Source of the DNA: Nageia nagi
Taxonomy: Eukaryota > Plantae > Pinophyta
NCBI GenBank assembly: GCA_050084985.1
Contig: JBITNC010000002.1
Coordinates: forward strand, 23,560,001-23,624,000
Length of the DNA stretch: 64,000 bases
Reading direction: 5' to 3'
The notes under the pieces were generated by a model. The model had not been told where the DNA came from. It ran no database searches and was given only the letters and a program-made list of their open reading frames with translations. Positions 39,057 to 51,400 of the stretch are shown here, piece by piece; position 1 is the stretch's first letter, and every line of letters begins with the position of its first letter. A program made the position numbers and the translations under genes.

Positions 39057-42000
39057 TGACAAGTATTCTACTTTCATTTATTTGAAAAATAAAATCATTA
39101 CATATATAGGTTTTGGACAAAACCCAAAAATAAACTATGCTAAAGATAAAATCAAGCTGCATGATCACAAATTGTTACAATCTAATATAAAAAGATAACT
39201 ATATATAATTTTCTAATTATATTCTAACATGCTTAACAATAATTGGGTGAAACTAACACCTAAACCATAAATAACAACATCTAATCTAAACTAGAACACA
39301 AAAAAATGCAATCCCACACATGCTAAAAATAATCTTTTAGGCTCTATTTTTATCACATTCCATTTGGGGTGAGGCATATTGCATCTAGGATGAAGTTTTG
39401 AAGTGGACTATGCCTGGCATAAAGGATTGAGGTGCATTATGCTTGTGTGATGCATAGTAGACTATACATTTTATCATAAAATGCCAAATATGATGGTCAA
39501 ACCTTCAATAAAGGTAGGTATACATATACTCATTGAAAAGGTATCTTCAAGTGATATCAAATACAAAAAGAATCAACTCAATTGGATATTTGTATAAAAT
39601 GTTATGTATTCTCAAATTTGACTAATCTATTTTTGAGAGTCGAGTTGATTTTCAACTATTTTGATCTTCAAATCTAATGGTGTTTGATTGAGCTATAATT
39701 TCAACATTCTACCCCTTTATGCTAAAGGGGCTCTTAAAAAATTCTATTAGCATAAAAAACTTATAATAAACTTAATATTTCTTACTTCCTCTAATATTTC
39801 ATCAAGAGAGCCAAGAACACAAGAAATTCACATTGGCACTCTTTCCACATTTGGTGTGGGATCTCCTCCATCTCTGATGCTCCTCCTTCTTGTAGATAAT
39901 TGAGTGTATCCTTTTGATGAGTTACTCCCCTTCATCAAAAAATTCTTGTATTTGCATTCTAGCAATGCCAATGGTAATGGTTCTCAACAACCATTCTTGA
40001 TCATTGTTTCTCACATTTTTACATCTTTTTTCCCATGATATATTTTCAATAATTAACCATATCATATAAATAATTAAACCATACAACTCTCTCACATATC
40101 TCAACACATTCTTAGTTTTTAGCATTTGAGTCCAAGTGACCCAAGCTCTCATCCATTGTCTTCTCCCAAGGAAGAATCATTATAAATGGTATCTTCATGA
40201 GATAATCTTCAAGTGATACCTTGATAAGACATACACCACCTTCTTCTATTATAGTATCCTTAGATCTAGCCTTCAAACATCTACTCAATAGAAAATCATC
40301 AATATCATTAGTTAATAAATCAAATAAGAATAAATCATCACCTCTAATAATGCTTTGGTGACTAGTATCCCATGTTGCTTTTGAAGCAACCAATTCTTCA
40401 AACATAGTAAGGAACTCCCATGGTTCCTCTTTGTACAATGTTACCTCTTCAATATAACTCTTTGTTTTCACTCCAAGTGAGTGATATCCATACATAATTT
40501 CCTCTTCAAGATAATTCTCAATCTCCTTTTATGATACCTCAATTATACCACAAAGTCTATTAGTGACTATCTTATTATGTTCTACCTTCCCCTTGATATA
40601 GTCTTCCTCATACAAAATAGTCCTTACTCTTGATGAGTGATCTTCTTCTCCAATAATTGATGCCTTCATATTCATGAAAATTTGACATTCACCAACCTCA
40701 ATTATATATTCATTCTCTATCGCATTTGCTATTGTCAATTTCTCCTTCTAAATGAGATAGTGTCGTGCTATTTTCTTCGCACAATACATCCTTCACTCTT
40801 GATGAGTATGCTTCTATGTTGAGTATGAAACTCATAGTCTGCATTTCCTCTTCATCTATGAACTCTTTTGGATCATTATCCTATATTATTTCTCTTAAAA
40901 ATCATCATTCACTCTAGATGAGTGAGTTTTACAATATCAATCCACTCAATGTAAATGGTATTGAAGAAAAAAACACTCCATTATAAGTATTTCTCCTCCT
41001 CTTTCACTTTTCTTCCCCTTTAGAGGAACTCTAACATATGGGTAATCAACTCCCAAAACTTCATCTATTTCCTTTTTAACAAGATAATCTTTCACTCCAA
41101 ATGAGTGAGCTATCAAATGTAGTTTATCACAATATATCACTCCAAATGAATGATCTTCGACTTCATCTAAGTGGGCTACAACAAAAAGGAAACACTACTC
41201 TATGAGAAGTTGTTCTTCCAATTTTGGTGTGGACTTCCCCTCCATGAGACATGATTCATCAACAAAATTATGGTCTTGTCCCTCCTCCATGAGATATTCT
41301 TTAGCCACTTATCTTGGTGGTCTTCAACTTGTGCAAGCCAACATTTTTTTATAAAGCACTCTTCAACAAAGGGCTGAGATGATATCTCCTCCTCTATAAG
41401 CTGAAGGTGCATGTCTCTTAAATAAGACATTCATTCTCCCTATGGTTTGTGTGAATGTATTCAAAATATGTCATTCCCATTAGAGTTCATTCAATACACT
41501 TTTTATTTTCAACATATTCTCCCTCTAAAAGAAAGAATTCATCATCCATGCCTTCAACATAAGACTTACCTCCAAAAATAAGGGTTTCACAACAAGCTTC
41601 ACCTTATCCTCTCTTCTCTACAAGAAGTTCATCCACATGAATTTCATCTATGAGAGTTGCAAAAGGCCTCACACTAGGCTCTTTCACATCCTCCTCTTTA
41701 AGAAAGTATTCTCCATCACCATGCATGGATTCATAAGATATGGTTTCACATGATTCTACATAAGATTCTCCAAAATGGTAATTTGGTTTGAAACAAGGCT
41801 TCTCCTTTCTCAAATAATCTTCATGAGTATCCTCATCATACCCATAAGCATAGTGTACTCTCCTCCATGTAGTTGCAGTTGTTCCACAACTTGGAATAAG
41901 TGGGAAAACACCTTTTTTAATACCTTTTCTTAAATCCATGACAGTATAACAATTTTCATATTTCTCCTCTTTCTTCAACCTCTTCTCTTCTTTTCCATGT

Positions 42001-44228
42001 ATGCTCCATGTGAAGGGTTCTTCATAGTTTCCTTATACAATGCTTCCAAGATATTTGTCCATTAATAAAGTCTTTATTATTATACTCTAATAAGCATAGT
42101 CTTTATAATAAACTTTTTGGACCTATAGGCCCCCAAATATGGTGGCTATCCAATAATCTTCCATTCTGATGGAATCTTAACTAGAAGTAACTCATTCATA
42201 CTTACAAAAGGTTAGGTAGAGTGTTGTTGTTGGAATCCATTACATTCTCAAAAATTAAACAAAACTTTAGGCTCTCTTCATACACTTGCAATAAGTTTTA
42301 TTATTCTTTCAATACTCAAAAGCTTTCCTTTAACCCATTAGATCTCTCAACTAAGATCTTATACTACAATGAGAAGTAGTCTACTTTCATTGATTTGAAA
42401 AATGAAATCATTACATATATAGGTTTTGGAAAAAACCTAGAGCTAGAACATGCTAAATATAAACTCAATTTGTATGATCACAACTCTTTACAATCTAATC
42501 TAAAAGGCTAACTAGATGTTCTAATTATATCATAACATGCTAAACAACAACTAGACAAAACTAACATCTAAAATAGCAACATTTAATCTAAACTAAAGAT
42601 AAAAAAATGTAGTCCCACATATGCTAAAAATAGCCTATCAGGCTCTATTTTTTAGGTGCACTACATATGGGATGAGGTGCACTATATCTAGGATGAAGTT
42701 ATGAGGTGTATTGTACTTGGGGTGAGGCATAGTAGACTGGATAGCTTGTCATAAAACACCCAACATGATGGTCAAACCTTCGACAAAGGTAGGTATGTGT
42801 ATACTTGTTAGAAAGGTATCTTTGATAACTATCCAATTCTAAAAGAATAAACTCAATTTGATGTCTCTATAAAATGTATTTCTTCTCAAATTTTATTGAT
42901 GTATTTTTACAAATCTAGTTGATCTTCAACTTGAATGGTATTCGATTGAGGTCTAATTCGAATATTCTCCCACTAGATGTTGAAGGGACTCCTCTAGAAG
43001 TCTATAAACATCACAAACTTGGAAGAAAGTTAATATAAATAATTTCCTTCAATATTTCAACAAGAAATCAAAGAACATACAAAATTTGCATTAGTTTTCC
43101 TTTCATATTTAGTGTTGGATCTCCATCTCTAATGTTGCTACTTCTTGTAGATCACTAATTACCTCATTTGGATGACTTACTCCCCCTTCATCAAAAACTT
43201 CTTATATTGATATTTCATCAATGCTAATGGTAATGGTTCTCAACAACTATTCTTGCTGATCATTTCTTACATTTGTATACATTTATTCCCAAGTGATGTT
43301 TTTACAATAATTAACCATCTCATATAGATTATTATAGTATACAACACTCTCAGATATCTCAACACATTATTAGTTTTCATCATTTGAGTCTAAATGACCT
43401 AATATCTCCTCCATTGCCTTTTACCAAGGAATAATCTTTAGCAATCTTAGATCTATCATTCAAATATCTACTCAACAAATAATAATCAGTATCATTAGTT
43501 AATAAATCAAAGAATAATAAATCATCACCTCCAATGATGCTTTGTTGAGTAGGATCCCATGTTGCTTTTGAGGCAACCAATTCTTCAATCATAGTAAGGA
43601 AATCCTATGGTTCATCATTGCACAATGTTGCCTCTTCAAGAAAACTATTTGTTATCACTCCAAGTGAGTGATCTCCATCCACAATTGCCTCCTCAAGATA
43701 ATTCTCAATCTCCTTTAATGATGCCTCCATTATACCATGAAGTCCATCAATGACTATCTCACTATATTCTATCTCCCCCTTGAGATATTCTTCCTCATAC
43801 AAAATAGTCTTCACTCTTGATCGGTGATCTTTTTCTCCAATAATCGATTCCTTCATAGTCATGACAACTTGAAGTTCACCAACCTTGTTTATGTCTTCAT
43901 TCTCTATATTATTTGCTATTGCATATTTCTCTTTACAAATGAGATAGTGTCTTGTGCTCTTCTCTTCACACAGTACATACTTCACTCTTGATGAGTGAGC
44001 TTCTCCATTGAGGATGAAACTTATAATCTTTATCTCCTCTTCATCAATGATCTCTCTTGGATCATTATCCCATATTACTTTTCTAAGACAATCATCATTC
44101 ACTCTAGATGAGTGAGTTTTACAATATCCCTTCAACTAATATGAACTATCTTCAAGCAAAAAATACTTCATCATAATGGTTTCTCCTCCTCTTTCACTTT
44201 TCTCCCCTTTTAGAAGAACTCTAACATA
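39057..44228 (-). mobile_element. Tandem non-autonomous copia derivative (LTR-int-LTR-partial int; LARD/TR-GAG-like)
   Basis: LTRs 39057-39706 and 42370-42964 share the Copia-1 LTR terminus; PPT-like tracts at 39707 and 42965; decayed PBS at about 42355-42367; internal 39707-41040 duplicated at 42965-44228; gag N-terminal remnant near 42030-42140; no integrase or intact RT. Confidence 0.8.
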
Positions 44229-44857
44229 CATATGAAAACAATATTTTGACCTGAGAGGTTGGAACTAGTCCCAAAATACTATGTTTATGGTCAAAAACTT
44301 CAAATTAAGATTCTCATCGATCCATAGTCCATTTGAGTTGTGTAAATACTTGTTGGAAATGTATTCTCAAGATCTTTCCAACTATATTGAAAAATTGACA
44401 TTGAAGGTAAATTGTTTTCATTTTACAACCTCTCAAATTCTGAATGTTCATATCTTTCTCGAAACACTATAACAAACCGTGGAAACCTCAAATTCTTCAC
44501 AATCAACATCACTAAAATTAAAATTTTAATGAACTCACTAAGGATTTTATATGATGGCTTCACATAAATATATCATACTTATTAATAATCTTTTATTTTA
44601 CAAATATATTTATTTTCTGAAAGCAAACCTCTAAGAGTTTCATGAGTATTGAAATATTTTCCTTATTTTATTATTTTGATTATGGTAAGTTGGGTTCTTA
44701 TTGTAAAAGTTTACTTTGAACTATTTATTGTTTTATTCTTGAAAATTATTGCTTACCTTTTTCTAAATAACTGTACTACTTAAATTCAGTTTTTCTCTTT
44801 TGCAGTTGCATTTCCAAGTTGAAATTTTAGCTTCCTAAAGCTTTAAAGAAACACAAC

Positions 44858-45429
44858 ATGTCTGAGAGCAGTAGCTATTGGCGTTCTGAGTCCAAACGAT
44901 CTGTTTATCTGAAGTCAAAAAAACCCACTGCTAATAAAATTCAAAGTGTTGATACTGATATCAAAAGTTTTTCTAGAAAAAGAAAGAAACCAAATTCCAA
45001 AAGAACAATCGGAGTTGCACAGACAACCACCTCCAAAAAGATAAAAAATGTTCTACCGGCAATGGAATCGATAGAGGAAACGGAAGAGCAAAAACTATTG
45101 AAATACCAAAACGCCAAAGCAATTTGTATCTCTACATTGAAGGAGTATAATTTAATTGGTTGTCATTCTAAAGGAGGTGCAGCTGCAGATTTTCCAGGGG
45201 TCATATGTGATGGTAGTATTCAGCAAAGATGCAAAGTATGTAATGAACTTGAGGATACACAGTCAGTGATATGTGATAGATGTGATGAAATATTTCATAT
45301 TCGTTGCTTACCATCTAAGTATAAACGCAAGAAAGTAGAAGATGCTGAGGATTTTTACTGTCCACATAACTGCAAGAACCCTGAAAATTTTGTGTTTGTC
45401 GGAACTCATCCTACAGGATATAGTTCAGA
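44858..45429 (+). CDS. PHD/CW gene coding exon 1 (basic NLS-like region + PHD finger)
   Basis: ATG 44858; donor GA/GTAAGT at 45430; upstream acceptor TTTTGCAG ending 44805 implies a 5' UTR intron. Confidence 0.9.
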
Positions 45430-48400
45430 GTAAGTGCAAATTGAACATCACATTAATTGTGTATACTGTTCGGGATAAGGAATAATAAAGAATTTTATTA
45501 GAAAAGTCTTTTTTTTTTTAAATTTTAAGATAGACTCTAACTGAATGTGGAACCAGGTATCAGGGAAGCGAAGGGATTCCTCTATCCTGGGAGGAGAAAC
45601 GTTGGGAGAAATTATCTTTGGAAGAAAACTTAAAAAATGTAAATTAAGATATCACGCAGTTTGGTAGAGGAATATGCACATTTAGTGAGTTTTGATATTA
45701 TGCTTCAATGAGGACTTCAACATGTGAACTATATTGAACAATAACATTGTGGATTGTAGAATATCTGGGATAAAAACTGGAAGCCTGCAACTTCTATAGC
45801 ACATGATGAGGAGGAAAACTGGCTTCGATGCCAGGCAATGCTGTATAAAAAAGGTGATACGCTTCCAGATGGGGAACTTGCAAAAAAAAACGAGCCTTGT
45901 GAAAAATGGCGCAGGTAATTCTGCCCTATTTTTAAAACATAATTGTAAAATTCAGGGTATATTTTGGTAGATACAAGCATTTGAGCTTATACATTAATAC
46001 TTGATTTGACAGAGCACCACTATCAGAAGTTCAAACAACTACATGGGATTGTTCTTGTGCGGTGGTGTGGGATCCACATCATGCAGATTGCTTAGTGCCA
46101 CAGGTAAGAAAAACATGGATATGCTACTTAATTTATTTTGATTTTCATTTAATTACAATTGTAATAAAAATTTAGCTGGATGATTCATGGCTGTGGGAGA
46201 CTAATAATGAGAAATATCATAATTGATACTCTTTGCTAGGCCAATCAATTTTACTTCTGATGTCCGATTTCTTATTATTAGTAGTTATTCTTCATGTATC
46301 AACCTAATCCAATTGATTATTTTTCCCTCTTGATGAAATTTCCAATGGATTATCTTGATTAAAATGAATCTTCATACCATTTTTATTTTGTTCTATTTTT
46401 TCCTTTTTAATTATTTAACCTATCTTTGTAGCAAAGTATATCAACTTCCACATGTGGAGTACTTTGGTCCTATATCTTATTTAATAAGTCAAATACTTCT
46501 TTTAGGCATATAGCTCTAAATGTAATAGTGGATATATGGTCAATGTGGTGATATTTTCCAAAAAAATAAACACAAAAAATATTAATATGCAAAAATAAAA
46601 ATGAAATTATATATACCCTTATATTATCAAAATGCAAGGTTTTAAATCGGATCTCAAAACCAGGTCACAAAATTAGTTTCTATGTATAGAAATCCCTACC
46701 TAGCTATACCTTGTGGTAGCCAAAAAGATACTTAGCTATCTCTGAAATATAACCAAAACTTAGCTAGATTACATACAAAACTAATGTCAAGCTACTAGAG
46801 ACTATAACATTAATACTATTCTATAGGTCTACTTGGCATAGGTCTTCTTAGCTTCTCCCTCACTAAGGCTGCTTTCTTCTACATCTTCTTTTCCTCTACT
46901 CTAGTCTAGACTTTGAACTGAAGAACTATGGAATTTGATTTAGGGACAAGCTGATCTGCTAGAACCCATGCCAGAGGTTTGATACTTAGAGGTTTAACCA
47001 TTTTCTCCTTTTTTGTCATTTTGTGAAAATCCTCTCCTACCCTTTTTTTAGGTAAAACATCCTCATTTTTGGGTAGATTTTCACTTGCACTCTTAGTGAG
47101 TGCAAGTTGAGCCTGAGCCAAGATAGGGGTTTCTTGAGGAGTTTCATCAAGGTGAGGAACTTGAGGCCAAATTATGAGTGGTGAATCATATTCCATATGA
47201 ACCTCTTCTACATCTAGATAACTCTAAGGAAAAGGGCTATCCTTCCCATCATCACCTTCCTCATTCACTTCTCCTTTACTTTTTACATCCTTTGTTTGTC
47301 CATCTAATGCCTCACCTTCCTAAATACCTTCGAGGATCTAGGAAGGGGGTTCCAAGATCTCCTAGGTAGTCTAATTTGATGAAGCTATTGGTCCTTCATA
47401 TGTAATTAAGGATGGGACCAAAATCCCAATCCCTTCTAGATAAGAGGGGGGATGATAATTTTCCTCAGCCTAAATTGATACCAAAGAAGGTACTTTGGGG
47501 GTACCATCATCCTAAATATTCATAATTTTAATCCCTTCATTGTTTACCTTGGCCTTCTTACCCTTGGATTTTTGGGATCAGGTTACCATTCTTCAGCTAC
47601 TCAAAGGGTTTGATGTTGAATTTTTCTTCAAGAGCCCTCCATACTTTTTGGGTGTTTTAGCTTTTTTAGCTCTTTTTCTCTTTTCTTCCCTAGATTCTAA
47701 TGTCATTCCTTCTTGGTTTTTGTTGGACTTGGAGGGTTTAAGATTCCACTCTACTACTCTTCTTCTTTTCCTTATCTAATTTTGTAGGTGAGTTCTTTTT
47801 AGAGGTTTCCTCTTAAATAGTTTGATCGAACTTAATTTTCATACCAAGGGTTTCTATTAATGCTTTTCTATACATAAAGGTAATGAGACCCAGATGTCCC
47901 ATTTGGAATTCCTCTATGTTTCTCACTTGTTGAATTGAGACCTTGATGGAATCCACCAGAAAGAAAGGAAAGCATACTTTGAATGCTTCACCCTTTCTAA
48001 AATGACATAATAAAATAATATTAGGGCCAAAAATAATAATATACCACCCATCCATCATGAAATACTTGGTTAACCACTTCATGAAATAGTTCCATGGTGC
48101 TGGGAGGCTCTCACAATCAATTCATATGCATTTCTTAGTGATGGGTTCCCTAGGAGCTAAGAAGGCTTGAATTTCTATAGGCTTTACTTTGGAATTATGC
48201 TTAAACATCCTACCATCCAATCTTAGAGAATTATCTTTGGCAATGGTACTTAATGTTTAGTTGACCCTCACCATTCCAATTACTACCCATCTATTATCAA
48301 CACTATTAACCACTAAATATTTTAGATCCAGTTCATGGTCCTAATATTTCTTGAGGTATTGTTGCATTCCTCCATTTGTTAATATGTCCCATACCTCCCT

Positions 48401-51400
48401 ATCCCGTTGAACTTCTCTAAAAATTTTGGGTTCAATGATACTACTTTTTCCTATATTTATAGAGAGGAAAATTGCATACAAATGGGTTCATGGAGGACTC
48501 AAAAATAGGAAATGCAATGGGGATGAAATGATTGAGTCATAATGCCATTGTACACCATATTTTAGTAATTTTCCTTGGAGTTTGATTTCACCATAGGTTG
48601 GCACGTGCCAAGTAGTCACATCCACCAGAAAATAAATATCTAAGGGATGATAAGATCGAGATGTGAGTACTCAAAGCTGATGGTCATATCATCTACCCTT
48701 GCTCCAATCTAGATGTTACACATCATCCTTCCATTTAAAGGCTCCCTCTATCATCCACCATGTCATTGAATATGGACTCTAAGAGGAGCTAATATTATAG
48801 TGAGTATGACTCAACATCCCTAGTGGGATCCAACTGTATGTAGTAGTCAATGTTCTTACATAAGAATCTTAAGCAATGCTTCCAAGCCTTGGTAGAGTTT
48901 CTGCTACATCCCTTAAATAATCTATCATTTTGTTTTTTCCAAATCATCCAACAAACATGAGGAGGAATCATTTCCCATATTAGCTAAGGTTTCTTGTTAC
49001 CTTATTCCAATCTCCCTTGTTCTATTGCAACAACTAGAGAATGTGGGATCACCCATTGATCATGAAGACTAGAATTCACAATTCCCCATAGGTCCTTTGC
49101 ATAATCATAGTTAAGGAAGATGTGATCTAAGGTTTCTTCTACTTTTTTACATAGAATACACATACTAGTAAAGGACATACCTTTTTTTTAAACTTTGTTA
49201 GTATGGATTCTTCCTAGATAAGTTACCCAAAGGAAGCTAGCTATTTTGGGGATTAGTCCTTTTATCCAAACACTAGTCCACATTTGTCTTCAAGGATATC
49301 TTCAATTCAAATTTTTTCCTATCTTGATTAAATATTAAATATTTTTTCCTTTTTCATCATTTTATTGTAAATAATCTATTTTTTTAGTGGGGTATAGCGG
49401 AATCTTTCTAATATTTGGAGGAGTTCTTCTCTCTACTTTGTAAATAGGGGATTTTTAGGTTGAGGGATGGACCACCAGACTTCATTATTAAGTTGGGACA
49501 TGTAATTGACCGCTCTAATATTGAATCTAGACTTATTCCATAACATTAGGAGGTTCCATTTTGGTTAATCTTCCAAGAAGGAAGGGCCAATCCATCTATC
49601 ATCTCATAATAATGTTGTTTGACCATTATTAACTTCCTAGATTGCTTTTGTTTCTATGGTGTCCCTTAGCTCAAGCAAAGAATTCTATAAGGAAGAACCT
49701 TTTGAGGGATTCCTTCGGCTAAGAAAGCTATTCCTTCCATGTTATTAAAATTGCATATCTTTATCCACTCTCTATCCTTATTCTAGCATAGTTTTCATGC
49801 TAGTTTCAATTGCATTGCTTGGTTAAGTAATCTGATTTGTCTAATTCCCAAACCCCCTTTAGCTTTCTTTCTACAAACTCTATCCCAAGCTACCAAGGAC
49901 ATTATTTTCTTATCCTTAGTACCATTCAAAATAAATATTCTACATATTTGATGAATCTTCTCTGCCACTAGAGTAAGAATCTTAAATATGCTTCCCATAT
50001 AGATGAGAATACTTTGGAGAGAATCTTTGACATATTGAATTTTACCAAATAGAATTAGTAAAACAGCTTTCCAACCAACTATTTTATTATTTAGTTTGTT
50101 AAGAGCCTTATTCCAAAAATCCCTTTGAACTCAACCTTCAAATAGTGGCATTCCAATATAAGTGGTTGGGAGATAACCTGTTTGGCATTGGAAAATCTAA
50201 GATATTTCTCCACTTATCCAAACAGGAGTATTGAATAAATATATATTGGTTTTTTTATAATTAATTTTTTAATCAGAAGCCTACTCATATTTTTCTAAGA
50301 TGAAATTCATGGTTTGGTCCTCTCCAATGCTTGCTTTCCGAACCAGTATGGTATCATTAATAAATTGATGATGTGTAATGGGGTAGTAGTTGTGTGTATG
50401 TTTGATCACTCTAATAATTCCAAATTGATTATCTCATTTTAAGGATCTTTCTAGTACCTCAACCATTGTAATGATTAGATATTATGACATATAGTCCTCT
50501 TGTCATATTCCTTTGGATGAATTAAAAAGCCTACATCTTCATCATTAACTAACACTTAGAAGATAGCTCTTTATGTGTATTTACTAACCCATGTTCTCCA
50601 TTGATTCTAGAAACTAAATTATTCATGAACTTGATTTAGTAATTTCCAAGAGATTCAACTATAGGCCTTTTGCATATCAAGCTTAATGATCATAACCTCT
50701 TCCTTAGAGGCTTTGATAAAATGAAAAGTTTCATGCATCAGAATAAACCCATAGGAGATCTATCTATCTCTCACAAAATCATCCTATTCAACTAAAATGA
50801 TTTTAGGAAATACCTAAACCATTTTATTTGCAAGCAATTTTATGATAATCTTACAGATTGTGTAACATAAACCTATAGGTCTAAAATTCTGCAAATTATT
50901 CATTTTGTGAAATTTTGGAATGAGGGTAAAAAATATTATGTTCCAAAATTTCAAGAGAGTGTTGTGTCTTTGGAATTCTTGGATGGCCTTAATAACATCA
51001 TCTCCAACAATAATATAAAATTTATGAAAGAAGCATGCCGAGAATCCATTTGGTTTTGAAGATTTATTTGTTTCCATCATAAGTATTATGGAGGTAATTT
51101 CATCTTCAAATAAGGAAGCTAACAGCTTGATATTATCCTCAATAATAATTAGTGGAAGGATATTTTCAAGGATTTCTTTGGTTACATTTTGATCTTCTTC
51201 AATTGACTTTGTAAGGAGATTCTTGTAGAAAGAAAGTAACATATCTTTAATCTCATATTCATCTTAAATTAGGATTTTATCCTCTCTTTCTAATGTTCAA
51301 ATTTTATTAAAGACACTTATTCTTTGTGTTGATAGTTTAAAAAATTTTGTATTATGGTATCCTTCTTTTATTCATGAAATTTTAGATTTCTGCTTCAAGA

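Noticed and set aside
40468-41153. CRISPR-like array (palindromic repeats with spacers)
   Set aside because: Repeats are only 17 bp, spacing is irregular (45-185 bp), spacers show mutual similarity, there are no cas genes, and the context is a eukaryotic LTR element.
44858-45433. Single-exon 191-aa PHD protein
   Set aside because: The stop codon lies inside a GTAAGT donor, and conserved downstream exons continue the protein.
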